A stretch of DNA of 64,000 bases from Octopus sinensis (GCF_006345805.1 NC_043013.1:49724001-49788000); one strand, 5' to 3'. Shown: positions 38,762 through 51,575, counted from the stretch's first letter. A program made the numbers and translations. The notes: a model not told the origin generated them from the sequence alone.

Positions 38762-39170
38762 AGCCACAGGAGTGGCTGTGTGGTAAGTAGCTTGCTAACC
38801 AACCACATGGTTCCGGGTTCAGTCCCACTACGTGGCATCTTGGGCAAGTGTCTTCTGCTATAGCCCCGGGCCGACCAATGCCTTGTGAGTGGATTTGGTA
38901 GACGGAAACTGAAAGAAGCCCGTCGTATATATGTATATATATGTGTGTATATGTGTGTATTTGTGTGTCTGTGTTTGTCCCCCTAGCATTGCTTGACAAC
39001 CGATGCTGGTGTGTTTACGTCCCTGTCACTTAGCGGTTCGGCAAAAGAGACCAATAGAATAAGTACTGGGCTTACAAAGAATAAGTCCCGGGGTCGATTT
39101 GCTCGACTAAAGGCGGTGCTCCGGCATGGCCACAGTCAAATGACTGAAACAAGTGAAAGAGTAAAAGAGT
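38762..39170 (+). mobile_element. SINE family A
   Basis: Full match. Confidence 0.9.
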
Positions 39171-39394
39171 ATGCGCAGATCTTGGTGGTAGTAGCAAATA
39201 AATGCTATGGAAGATGAACATGGGTGGGGGAATGTTCAGCGGTATCAGTTTTGAGTGGGGAGTGAAGGCAGGAGAAAATAGGAATTGGTTAGGTGGCAGC
39301 ACAGATGCGATGAAGTTTAAGTGGGATACAGGAGAGATGCACAGTGCTAGGGTAGATAGGGATGGAAATTATTATTTTTTTTTTTTTTACTCAA

Positions 39395-39780
39395 GGCACA
39401 AGGCTTGAAATTTTGGGGGATGGGCTAGTCGATTGGATTGACCCCAGTACATGACTGGTACTTAATTTATCGACCCCGAAAGGATGAAAGGCAAAGTCGA
39501 CCTTGACGGAATTTGAACTCAGAACGTAAAGATAGACGAAATACCTATTTCTTTATTACCCACAAGGGGCTAAACACAGAGGGGACAAACAAGGACAGAG
39601 AAAGGGATTAAGTCGATTACATCGACCCCAGTGCGTAACTGGTACTTAATTTATCAACCCCGAAAGGATGAAAGGCAAAGTCAATCTTGACGGAATTTGA
39701 ACTCAGAACGTAACTGCAGATGAAATACCGCTTAGCATTTCACCCAGCATGCTAACGATTCTGCCAGCTTGCCGCCTAAG
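39395..39780 (-). mobile_element. SINE family C, tandem dimer
   Basis: Two body units joined at the same atacctatttctttattacccac junction. Confidence 0.8.
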
Positions 39781-40259
39781 GGATGGAAATAATGATGGAC
39801 AAATGCAGTGTGAGCTGTCAATTGGAGAATAAGAGAGTGTACAAGGGAAAGGAGTGTGTGTGAAAGGGGCATTCAGTGGGAAATAATGTGATTAGGGGTG
39901 GTAATGATAATGTTTGTGATAAAAGGAAGTGGTTCTAGGGAGTGATAACTGGTAGCACAAAAGTGGAGATGAAATATGCGCAGTTCTGCTCTCATATAAT
40001 TGCATCAAGTGAGTGAATGTTCCGCCACCACATCATCTTTGGTCTGGCTGGAACTTTGTAGCAGCCACAAATTTGGTCTGTCTTCCTCAGTAGGTTGCCT
40101 TGTTGGAACTTCTAGTTATCTTCTATGTTTTACATCTCTAGCTCCCACTCCTTCTTGTCAACAGTGTTGATTAGAACTTCTCTAAATTTCTGACTGTTCA
40201 ACAGATCTTTAAATTTCCATATTATCTTTTGCCAAACTGTTTTTTTTTTACCTCTGAGT

Positions 40260-40670
40260 CCTTTTGGTACTGAGTCTGAAGATACCAACCACTAACATAA
40301 TCCAGGATTGGACTTCTACCATTTGTAAATATCTGCCTGTCCCTGTTTCTGGTGAGGCTGTAATGAATCCTATCAATCTGATATGCCTACCAGATTGAGA
40401 GATAATCAGGTGACCGGTTGGTTTCCTGAAATTGGTTCTGCACATCAACAAGTCATTAGTATCACAGAACTACAGCAGCCTTGTTCCCTCCTCATTTCTT
40501 GAACTAAAACCATACGTTTTACTGTACCCCATGAAATCCATTAGGATGCTATCCAACATGTTCGTTGAAATCAACAGCTACAATAATAAGGTCGTTGTTA
40601 TTCATGATCAAGGTAATCTGCAAAAATCCACATAAAAATGGTTCGATTGTCCATCTGCCGGTCTAGCATG
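40260..40670 (-). mobile_element. RTE LINE APE endonuclease remnant
   Basis: IVAVDFNEHVG...SRNEEGTRLL.FCDTNDLLMCRTNFRKPTGHLI.SQSG. Confidence 0.75.
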
Positions 40671-42797
40671 TGGATCATATCATCATCATCATCATCATTT
40701 AGCGTCTGTTTTCCATGCTAGCATGGGTTGGACAGTTCTACCGGGGTCTGGTAAGCTATGGAGGCTGCACCAGGCTCCAGTCTGATTTGGCAGTGTTTCT
40801 ACAGCTGGATGTACCACTCCATGAGTGTAGTGGGTGTTTTTTACGTGCCACCGGCACAGGAGCCAGCGCAGGCTGGCAAACGGCCACAATCGGTTGGTGC
40901 TTTTATGTGTCACTGACACGGACACTAGTCAGGTGGCGCTAGTAACTGCTACGGTCAAACGGTGCTCTTACGTATCACCAGCACTGGTGTCTTAACTACA
41001 ATTACCATTCGAATTTTTGATGTTGACGAACTTGACTCAACAGGTTTCCTCAAGAACAGCGGGTCACTCTACGATCCAAGGTTAGCACAGCAGAGAGAGA
41101 GATAAATGTTACTGTCATGTTTTCAACGACACACTTTGTGACTACCCTGGTCATATTATCTATCTATTTCTCTGCCAAACGTAGGTCCTCACCACCCACC
41201 ATAACTCTGCTACCTACTCAAAAGAATTTGAACCTATGTCTGTGCCTGTGAGGAGTCTAACCAAAGCTTCTCTCCATTTTTGCTATATACTATCCCCTCT
41301 CTCTCTTTCAGAGAGGCACTGAGCAGCTATACGCACGCATACACACACGGCAGTAACTTCCACCTACCGAGTTCAATCACAAAGCTTCGGTCGACTCGGG
41401 GCTATAGCGGAAGACACCTACCCAAAGTGCCACGCAGTGGGACTGAACCCGAAACCATGTAGTCGGGAAGCAAGCTTCCCAACCATACAGCCATGCCCGC
41501 GCCTACAATCACACATTTTTAGTTTCATAGTCTTGTATTCAAAAACTGGTATGGTTGTGGTTGTCCTGGTTTTTCAACATAGAGGAGTCAACACAAGTAT
41601 CAAATATAGGAAATAGTTGGTTTAATACATACGACTTTCCTCATGACACACCCTGTCTAATACCTCTTCCTCTCATGAGGCAAAATCTGGTGAATATAAG
41701 AAATGGACCAACAATTCTCAAGCAAACTCCGCTAATTTTTGTCAAGTGGCGAAAGAAACATGGGATCTACTGTTATCATCATCACCATCATCATCAACAA
41801 CATTTAACATCCATTTTCTATGCTGGCATGGGTTGGATGGCATGATAGGAGCTAGCAAGGCCAGGAGCCACACCAGGCAGAGTCCATTTTGCCTTGGTTT
41901 CTATTACTGCCCTTCCTAACACCAACCACACCCCCAGAGTGTGCTGGGTGCTTTTTACGTGGAGCCCACACTAATGCTTTTTGTGTGGCACCTTGGGTTT
42001 AGGATCTCAATTCTGTTGTGGTGGGCAGATCTTCTCAAGTACAGCAATGTGCTACATATCATAATGAAAAATAACACAGCTTCTCTTTGCTAATGCTGGA
42101 CGTTGGTATTGGACAGCAGAATCCAATTTACCCAACGTGTAAGCATTGGATCATTGTACTTGTAATTTGATTTTGTGTTAAAAACTCAAAAAACAACACA
42201 TTTATTCAACATCATTTGTTTTTGTCTTGAATGAAGACTTAATATAGGAAAAGCTAGAGTTGTTTCCCCTCGTTTACTCGTGATCTTTTTCTGTACAGTA
42301 CATATTTTTTTGATTATCAGATGGAATTTTTTTCCTTTTCTCAATAACGAAAGTGTGCTTTCTGGTTTTCCATTCTTATTATAAGTTACAAACAAAATTC
42401 TGAAAAAATTTGGTATTTCAAAACAGAGAAACCAATTCCTGCATTTATAAATGATTGTTTGGTTAATTAAAACATTACGCTTTAAATATGACAGTTGCAG
42501 CATGGAAGGTGTTTATAAGCCATTTCTGAAACACACAAAAACCGTTAGATTCACTTCAACATTTAAATTTCATTTGTCAAAATATTTTCGTCACTTTGAG
42601 ACCGTGACCTGTTCACTGACAAAGCTTTGTGCTGCATCTGATTTAAATATGTTGTTTCACATATTATGCAGGAAAAAACAAACTTCCCAGATAATTCGAT
42701 ATAATCATACAGAAGGTTAAATGTTTGGATGCACATCCACCATATCGACTATCAACAGTAAATAGAGACCAAATAAAATCCAACAAAAATAACTTAC

Positions 42798-42846
42798 ATG
42801 TCCTCTTCCAAGATCTCTTTTGCTTCGAACCATGACAATTGAAACT
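42798..42846 (-). pseudogene. Rheb-like exon 6 relic (6a), frame-disrupting
   Basis: ctgcag/A GTT TCA...GGA CAT/gtaagt: VSIVMVRSKRDLGRGH (G4-like SKRD). At 49 nt it breaks phase, and it creates TG/A stop when joined to the 57-nt exon. Confidence 0.55.
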
Positions 42847-44331
42847 CTGCAGCAATAAGATGAAATTGCTATAAAATATAACATACATAATATATCTCTA
42901 TGTATTTGTTTTGCAAGATATTGTTATACTTTAAGGATGGTCATCTTTTGTCATTCAAACACACCCACAGTTTAATCTTCACTTCAGATTTTATTCATAT
43001 TATTTGTACAGTAATATCAGCGCCAAGCAATGTTTAGGCATAAGTGAACTTTAGGTTAGTTAAAATATGTTTGTGACATATTTCAACTGCTGAAGGCAAA
43101 TACACGGCAATTACTATGGAGAAAAATGCTCTCTTACGGTAAAAAAAAATGGTGGAAAAATACTATATCTGTCTAGTGTCAGGTTCCCAGACACTGGTGT
43201 TTTGGGCTCAAATCCTAGCACAGATGTTCTTGTGCTCAGCCCCAAATGAGAGAACCTTTGATTAAAGGCATTTCACTTGTGACTATTTCAAGTATTTCCC
43301 AATTTTAAAGTACAGTGCATTGAGGACTACATTTACCAATGTGTCCTTTTCTAAGGTCATAGGGTAATTGAAAGGAGGGAGTATTTTTTGGCTGCCGTTT
43401 CTGATACATCAAATGATGGTGTAGAGGTTACCCCTAAAATAAGTGTCTTGACAACAAATGAAAACCAACAATTGTATCATTTAACATTGTCGTGTTTGAG
43501 GATGGTCATTTTGCCAATAAACACGTGCACTATTTGACTTTCACTTCAAATTATTATCATTAGTTATTGGTTATTTCATCAAAGCTCTTTCCTCACACAT
43601 TTTGTGACCTTCTCAATGACTATTTGTTGTCCTCCACTGTCTGGCCATATTTTCTTTGCTCCATCTTGTTTCTCTTACCTGCACATGCATTTGTGTCAGT
43701 ATCTGATCGTGTGTCTATGTGTTTGGTATGTGTATGTGTGTTTTGTTTAAGTGTGTGTGAGTTTGTATGCACTGTTTGTATTTGTGTTTACCTTTGTTTC
43801 GTTTTGTTTTGGTTTTTTTTTGTCTTTTTATTTTCTTCCTGAGCCCTATTCTGATTTCCGTTGTTAGGTTGTGGGGTTGAGATGTTACTATTCCATTTGT
43901 GTTTTGCTTTGAGGCTTGGTCTACCTTCTACAATGTATGTAGACTCCAAAATTTGAGTGGTGTGTCAGTCCCGTGTGTTAATATGATCTTAACAAAATAA
44001 CATAGAAGAATCTTCATAACATCAAGAATCTTGAAAAACAGATACAGAAAAGTATGATAAAAAAAAAGCACAATGAAATCATAACTTTCAATTTTCTTTA
44101 TAGAAACAAGCTCACTTTTTAGCCTTTGTCCACTCTATAATATTATATATTGAAAAATATTTCCTTTGATATATTCAGGTCATATATAAACCCATGAAAT
44201 CAAAACATCATATCAATATCTATGTTACTTGATAATTTCCAATTTCAAATCTATTACAAAGTAGGGCCAGATATTTATCTAGAATTCAGTAGTAAAAATG
44301 GAATTGTAGGAAAATAGAAACTTTTATAGCA

Positions 44332-44550
44332 TTAACCCTTTCATTACTGTATTTATTTTGAGATGCTCTGTGTTTCTCTCAATTACTTTAAATATAACAA
44401 AGAATTTAGTAAAATAACTTGGTTATCATTAAGCTAGTGTTGGGAACATAAATTGTGACTAAGGTTTGGTGGAAGATTTAAATTCAAAACAAGACATTTG
44501 TATTACGGAACCAGAGCCGGTTTCAGCCGGGTTGGTAACGAAAGGGTTAA
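44332..44550. mobile_element. piggyBac-type MITE (second family)
   Basis: ttaaccctttcattac...gtaacgaaagggttaa. Confidence 0.8.
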
Positions 44551-44557
44551 TACTTAC

Positions 44558-44614
44558 CATATTTTGCCTTTCATGTCACTTATCTTGTTGTAAATCAATT
44601 TGATAATATCAAGG
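44558..44614 (-). CDS. RHEB: Rheb-like small GTPase exon (equivalent to RHEB exon 5)
   Basis: cttcacag/C CTT GAT...ATA TG/gtaagt: LDIIKLIYNKISDMKGKI vs human FEVIKVIHGKLLDMVGKV; 57 nt, phase 2-2. Confidence 0.8.
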
Positions 44615-44835
44615 CTGTGAAGAAGACAAAAAGGATTATTATAAATTAACGAAACTGAAAATGTACAAAGGCTAACAATGTGCAAAATGAGTTAAATGCT
44701 TGCTATGCTAAGTGATTCGTTTAACTAGAGAGTAAAATACAAAATCCCATTGTTATTTGTCATAATATATTTATTTGTTTAGAAATATTGAATTTCTAAA
44801 TGACTCAGAGAGACATGAGCAGTGGTGGAGCGATA

Positions 44836-45212
44836 GAGTGGATGTATAAAGTCAACTTAACATGACAGTCTCATAAAGGGAATCACACCACCACTATTTA
44901 GCCCTAGGAAGCATCGATGCTTCTTGTCGGCTTTGACACATTTCCTGTGTCCTTATATATTTACGAAGGGGAAACAAGCACCCCCACCAGCTAGGCCTGC
45001 ATCCAGAGACATGCATGTTTCTGAGTTTTGCTCATCATCAGTCTGGAGTAGCATGGGCTGCTGTAGGGAGTGCTTGTCTCCCCTTCGCAAATATAAGGAC
45101 ACAGGAAATGTGTCAAAGCCGACAGGAAGCGTCGATGCTTCCTAGGGCTAAACAGCGGCGGTGTAATTCCCTTACGGGACTGTCACGTTATGTTGACAGT
45201 ATACAACCACTC
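44836..45212. mobile_element. Foldback element with ~155-bp inverted arms
   Basis: 44836-44990 is the imperfect reverse complement of 45060-45212. Confidence 0.88.
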
Positions 45213-45369
45213 CATTTATTTGTTTAAAATTCTATAATTCTCTCCAACTCTTAATTTCTAGTAGAGTGTGTATAAAGGGAGCTAAGTCAGTCCAAACTTG
45301 ATCAACTCTCTTCCATAACATGAAGTGCAGTGGTGTATTAAATACTGGAGACAGAAGAAGGTATATTAC

Positions 45370-45452
45370 AGGGGAGATGTTAATAACAGAGTCATATATA
45401 TGAAACCAATTGTTTCATTTTTCTTTACTCCTCTATGATGAAAAACCAGTTT
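45370..45452 (-). CDS. Candidate exon 4 of Rheb-like gene
   Basis: tttttgttcag/AAA CTG...CCC CT/gtaata; 83 nt, phase 0 to 2. KLVFHHRGVKKNETIGFIYMTLLLTSP has GFI in register with human GYI; similarity otherwise weak. Confidence 0.4.
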
Positions 45453-45584
45453 CTGAACAAAAAACCTATAAAAGACTACCAAATTAAAAACGTATGGTAT
45501 GTACCAGATGAAATTAATTAGTAAACAATATGAGATGTCGGCGTCATAATCAGTTTGTAAGGATTGGTTTTTTTGGGGGGTGTT

Positions 45585-45865
45585 CTTTTTTACTTGTCTC
45601 AATCATTAGACTGTGGCCATGCTGGAGCACCGCCTTTAGTCGAGCAAATTGACCCCGGGACTTATTCTTTGTAAGCCTAGTACTTATTCTATCGGTCTCT
45701 TTTGCCGAACCGCTATGTTACGGGGACATAAACACACCAACATTGGTTGTCAAGTGATGTTGGGGGCACAAACACAGACACACAAACATATACACACACA
45801 CATATATACGACAGGCTTCTTTGTTTCCGTCTACCAAATCCACTCACAAGGCTTTGGTCGGCCTG
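45585..45865 (-). mobile_element. SINE family A, 5'-truncated
   Basis: Reverse-complement match. Confidence 0.85.
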
Positions 45866-46105
45866 ATTTTTTTATGCGAATTCATGTATTGAAACAAATT
45901 TTGTTGTCTAGAGAGAGTCATTATACCAATATAATTAACACACACACTGGTTCAATCCCATTCCTTTATTATTAGTTAATTAGTTAAATATCCAACTAAC
46001 TAATTTGTTTTGTTTTTGTATGACAAAGTCCTTTCATTGCGACTTGCAACCTTTTCAATGACTATTAGTCTGTTATAGAGGCCACGTTTGTTTGAGATTT
46101 GTTAC

Positions 46106-46505
46106 AGGCGCAGGAGTGGCTGTGTGGTAAGTAGCTTGTCTACCAACCACATGGTTTCGGGTTCAGTCCCACTGCGTGGCATCTTGGGCAAGTGTCTTCT
46201 ACTATAGCTTCAGGCCGACCAAAGCCTTGTGAGTGGATTTGGTAGACGGAAACTGAAAGAAGCCCGTCGTATGTATGTATATATATATATATATATGCGT
46301 GTGTGTGTTTGTGTGTCTGTGTTTGTCCCCCTAGCATTGCTTGACAACCGATGCTGGTGTGTTTATGTCCCCGTTACTTAGCGGTTCGGCAAAAGAGACC
46401 GATAGAATAAGTACTGGGCTCACAAAAGAATAAGTCCCGGAGGTCGAGTTGCTCGATTAAAGGCGGTACTCCAGCATGGTCGCAGTCAAATGACTGAAAC
46501 TAATA
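46106..46505 (+). mobile_element. SINE family A
   Basis: Full match. Confidence 0.9.
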
Positions 46506-47124
46506 AAGGTGTAAAGTGTAAAAGTGTATGTGTGTGTGTGTGCCAGCATGCACATGTGCTTGTGTCTTTACATCATCATCATTTAGCGTCCGTTTTCCAT
46601 GTTTAACTGGGGTCTGTGAAGCCGGAAGGCTTCATCAGGCCCAGTCAGATTTGGCAGTGTTTCTACGGCTGGATGCCCTTCCTAACGCCAGGTACGTACG
46701 TATGTATTCTGCATATTCATGTACTTGTGCTTGTGTGTATATCTCTGCTTCTATGTGTATGTGTTTCAGTGTGTCCATGCATGAGTTTATGTGAGTATGC
46801 ACACATGCCTGTTACATATGCACGTGTACCTTTGTACCTTTTTGAGTATGCGTGTATATATGGTCACGTTTTTCTGTTTCCTTATGTGTGTGTATATGCT
46901 TGTCTGTCTGTATTACCTATGTACCTACTTACCTATATATCTATCAACCTACCTACCTACTTATTTATCTACCCATTAGTTTGCCTATCCTCCTACCTAC
47001 ATAATTAAATGACTAACAATCTATATAACTGACCTAACCACCTAAAACCTATCTACCTACCTACTTGACTGCCAACTTACAAATGTACCTATGTATGTAT
47101 ACCTTGTGGCGTTAGTGTATCTCT

Positions 47125-47600
47125 ACTTTCTACATGTATTTCCTATTTAGTGCAGGTGATGTTTCATTTATGAGGACATACCCTTGTATTTCTCTAAGTG
47201 TCAGGTCCTTTGAGCGCTTGGACAAAATGCGAATGTCAATTCGGCCCAGTGTACCCCCATGTTGATAGAGTATGGAGGACTGTTTCTTGTCATTATATTC
47301 TCTCCAATACACATCTAGTTTCTCTACTATACTCCTAGAGGTCTCACCATCCTATGTTATGTTTCTGACCATACAGACTCCTTCAATGCACCTTATGCAG
47401 TAGACTACGTTTCTAGTTTTACAGTTAATACCAGAGTTAATCCAAATACTATACAGTTCTCATTAGTGCATATTTTCAAAGGAGTACATCCTACATAACT
47501 GTGATCTGATGAAGCTCCCTGTCTTCTCAATGATCTTAATATTGAGTTTGGTGGCCTTCAGAGCCAGTTGAGTAGCTGAGTACAGAGTGGAATATGAAAT
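47125..47600 (-). mobile_element. Penelope-like endonuclease/C-terminal remnant
   Basis: RNVVYCIRC-like segment followed by YWREYNDKKQSSILYQH...LINETSPALNRK. Confidence 0.55.
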
Positions 47601-47689
47601 TAAATAAATGACAAAGGAACACAAAATTATATAATGTACAGCTGTTTCTATGATAAGATGTAGTGTTTTTGTTAGATGGACACATTGGC

Positions 47690-49975
47690 AATTGGGCACC
47701 CACTTCCATCCAGATAGCAATAAAACAAGACAGCTCCAATTCCAATGTTGGATGCATCACAAGCCAGTCCAAGAGGCTTGTCTGGGTCAAAATGTACAAG
47801 GACTTGATCTGAGGATAATAAGCTTTTCAACTGTTTAAACACTCTTTGCTACTCATCTCTCCACTTCTAAGGAGTTGCCTTCTTGGTTAAACAGTAAAGT
47901 GGCTCGGCCATAGTGGCCAGGTTTGGGATAAACTTCTTGTAGAACTGAACTACACCCAAGAAAGACTTTAAGCTTGAGACGTCTATAGGGAGTAGCATCT
48001 TCATGACTGCCTCAAATTTGGATCCCTTCGTGATTCCTTCTGGTGATATTCCACACTGGTTTGTGCAAACAAGCACTTTTCACAGCAACATCTGAGTCCT
48101 TTGTCATTCAGAGAAGAAAGCAAACGCCTCGGGTTGCTTAAGAGGTGATTTGCATCTTTCCCGCTGATGAGCATATCGTCTTGGAATACAGCAACTGCAG
48201 GTAGATTACTGGAAGTAACCAGGCACCAATTTGATTCTAAATGGGAGTCATTGCTGCAGGAGTCATTACAAAGTGAGTGCTGAGGGCTAGCCTTCATTGA
48301 CTCTCTGGTGCCAGTTTGATCTGGTTGTAGGCATCAGCAAGGTCAATTTTTGTATAACTACATGCACCTCCCAGCTTCTGCATCAGTTCCTCTGGGAGCG
48401 GCATTGGATGACGGTGTACTTCTAGTTGATTGTTGATACCAACTGAGTAGTCACCACAAACTCGTAACTTGGACTTCAGAGTGCCCAGATTATGTGCTTT
48501 GCGAATCGGTACCACTGGCATTCAGAATTCATTGAACTGGACTTGCTGCTAGACTCCTTTTGCGATACCTTCTTCATAACCTTTGGTCAGGTCAGCACGA
48601 AGAGCAAATGGAACTGGTTGTGCCTTGTGAAAAACCAGCTTTACATCAGACTTCAATTTTACTTCCAGTTTGAAATCCTCAAGACACCCCAATTCTTCTT
48701 TGAAAAGATCTGGAAACTCATCACAATGTCGTTTCAGGGAAGCATAAGGCTCATTAGAGGATTTAGGATGTGATGGTTCTGCACCCTTACTCTTGTCTTG
48801 ACTCTCTATGCACTTCAGTCCCAGAGTAGTGTCTATAGAAATTCCTAGTGTCTGAATAACATTTCATCCCAGCAAGTTCAAGGATCTTGGTGACAATGTA
48901 AGAAATACTGTTTTGTTTACCAGTCACTGGATCCTTGGTTTCAATCATGAAAGTTCCCAGCATGGGCAAGTCATACTTGCTGGCAGACTCATAGTGATAT
49001 CTGACATCATCCAGCTTCGGTTTCCTAACTCAGGGTCTGTAGAATTAGACTGCTAGTGGTTTATTCATTGACCCTTGTTCTGGGTTTGCTTGACCTTATT
49101 GACAGACCTGGTCTTCAAATCGTAGACAGTTTCATTGGCAACGTTTGCTGTGTCTTCGGTCTCAGTTGCATCTTGGACAGCATTGGCAAAGTCCAGCTCT
49201 GTGTCCTTGATCTTAAAAAGAGTCTTTAAGATAGCTTTATTGTTGACAACATATGAATCTCTACCTAAGAGCTTCATCTTGAGGGTCTGTGATAGAAGGA
49301 AAGTCACAGATAGCAGCATCTTGTTGTACATGCGCTGCCAGTTCCTGGAGAGTTTTGCCTGGCTTCTGTTGCATGTCACACCAGAACTTGAAATTGCCTC
49401 CATCGTTAGCTCATTAATATCCTTTGGCGGACTCTGTTGAATGGCCAGATTCACCAGTCATTTATAAACAGCAACGGTTTGATTTGTCACAAAAATTTGA
49501 GCCTTGCACTGGTCAGGCATAGCATTTGACCAGTAATCAGGCCACAATTCAGATGCTGAGTCGAAAGCAACAAATGATGGGACAGCAGTAGAAGATGGAA
49601 TATGGGGACTTGGACTAGAATCTTTTTCAGAAATTTGAACTTGAATCAGCCTTCTCAAACCTTCCATATCTCCTCCGTGCTGCTGCGTCTGCACCTCCAT
49701 TTGTTCTCTCTCACCGTTTTGTTTCGCCATTGTTATCAATGTAAAAATAGTTAAAATATTGTTTTATCTAGAATGGAGTTTATGTGCAAATCTGGTTGTT
49801 TACCTTTCAAATAACTATATCTGTATGTCGAGGTAAAAAGTCCACTCCACAAGAATAGTCTTTCATATCCTATCATAAGAAGTCCACTTCAAAAAAATGA
49901 TGACAGTATCTTATCAGCAACACCAATTTGTTATATTTCTCTTGTTTACTTACAAAGAATAAAGTAATAATACAG
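47690..49975 (-). mobile_element. Decayed Gypsy LTR retrotransposon (gag-PR-RT-RNaseH)
   Basis: LRVCGDYSVGINNQL...YTKIDLADAYNQI; FQDDMLISG; LKSFLGVVQFYKKFIPNLAT.AEPLY.L; LGLACDASNIGIGAVL; gag-like SELWPDYWS. Confidence 0.9.
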
Positions 49976-50265
49976 ACAGGTGTGTTGTCTGTGGCTCAGA
50001 CGCCGTGGTGATCTCATTCTTGCTCACAACATCATAAGCGGAAAGTGTAACCTCTCGAAAGAGCTGTTCTTCACTCCTGCTCCAGAGCGTAGGCTGCGGG
50101 GGTCACTCCGAAAAGCTCTATCTGCAACGATTTCATCTCAATCGAAGGAAAGGGGGCTTTCTCCGTCCAGGTTGCGGATCCGTGGAATAAGCTGCCGGAC
50201 GAGATAGTGAGGATGCCGACGACCGCTCGGTTCAAAGTCTCTCTTGACCAGAAATGGCCTGAACT
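49975..50265 (+). mobile_element. CR1-clade LINE 3' fragment
   Basis: RRRGDLILAHNIISG...LRGHSEKL...AFSVRVADPWNKLPDEIV. Confidence 0.85.
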
Positions 50266-50348
50266 CTTTGTACGAACACCCCTGTACATAACTCCATGCC
50301 CCGCTACATGGCCTTGCTTTCTGAGCCAAAAAATTAATTTAACTTACT

Positions 50349-50423
50349 TAACTTCTCTCGTTTACTTGCAAAGAAGAAAACACAGTGGTCCTCCAGATAG
50401 GTGTGAAGTCTGTTTATTCCAGC
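50349..50423 (-). CDS. Candidate upstream exon (exon 2-like) of the minus-strand gene, tentative
   Basis: ttttacag/CT GGA ATA...TTA A/gtaagt; 75 nt, phase 1-1; (A)GINRLHTYLEDHCVFFFASKREKL. Strong splice sites but little similarity to Rheb. Confidence 0.3.
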
Positions 50424-50734
50424 TGTAAAACTCAAGACTGTAATAATGTAAACAAAAATCGAAATGCCTTGTGAATGTTCTCATGAGTCCCAGAACTTTG
50501 AATTCTGTTGGCTAGCAACCTCCATAACAGTTTTCAGAGCTGCTGAGTGCTTGTGCATGAACTTAGAGATTCCTTTGAGGAAGCATGATACTGTATGTTC
50601 GCTAGATCCAGTCGGTGGGGAATTGAACCTTTGTCCCATTTTGCTATTGTTTATGCAATGCATAAGCTGCTCTAAATTAGCAGAGTTGGCGTAGGACACC
50701 TTCACTGTGTGCCAATTAAAAATGGCATGATACT

Positions 50735-51119
50735 CTTTTACTTGTTTCAGTCAACTGACTGCAGCCATGCTGGAGCACCGCCTTTAATCGAGCAACTCGA
50801 CCCCGGGACTTATTCTTTTGTAAGCCCAGTACTTATTCTATCGGTGTCTTTTGCCGAACCACTAAGTAACGGGGACATAAACACGCCAGCATCAGTTGTC
50901 AAGCAATGCTAGGGGAACAAACACAGACACACAAACACACATATATACATATATACGACGGGCTTCTTTCAGTTTCTGTCCATAAAATCCACTCAGAAGG
51001 CATTGGTCGGCATGAGGCTATAGTAGAAGACACTTGCCCAAGGTGCCACGCAGTGGGACTGGACCCGGAACCATGTGGTTGGTAGACAAGCTACTTACCA
51101 CACAGCCACTCCTGCGCCT
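50735..51119 (-). mobile_element. SINE family A
   Basis: Reverse-complement match. Confidence 0.9.
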
Positions 51120-51329
51120 GATTAGATTTAAGAAAACATTTGTCCAAAGCAGGAAAATATTTTCTAGCAATCCTGGTTGAAACATGCAAACCGAAAATCA
51201 GGTTGAACCAGAGGAGATCCTGATTCCTATATCAGCTGTTAGGCTTATTTGATTGTGTTGAACAGGATTGGATTAAGCCGTTGGATTACTATGTCCCATG
51301 TGTCTGAGTTTTCGTTGGTAGTTCATTGA

Positions 51330-51575
51330 CAGGACCTATTCTTCCTGGTCCGTATTCCCTATCTGAGTGATGGTGTACAATGTGTATTACAACTGGAGGA
51401 ATTACCAGTGTTGTGTACGCTTGTTTCTTGTATATATTGAATTTTTTCACAGTTCCCAGGCCTAGCTAGAGCAGCATTATAATAAGTTGCATGTAATTTG
51501 AAAATGTTATTATTAGAGGATAATCTAGAAATTCTTGTAGAAATATTCTGAGCTAATCTCCATATTATCAAGGGT
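51330..51575 (-). mobile_element. Penelope-like RT C-terminal fragment
   Basis: NISTRISRLSSNNNIFKLHATYYNAAL...EKIQY. Confidence 0.65.

Noticed and set aside
45527-45580. Possible Rheb exon 3 (PYKLIMTPTSHI vs EYHLQLVDTAGQ)
   Set aside because: No acceptor (abuts a SINE tail), weak donor, no DTAG; similarity within chance.
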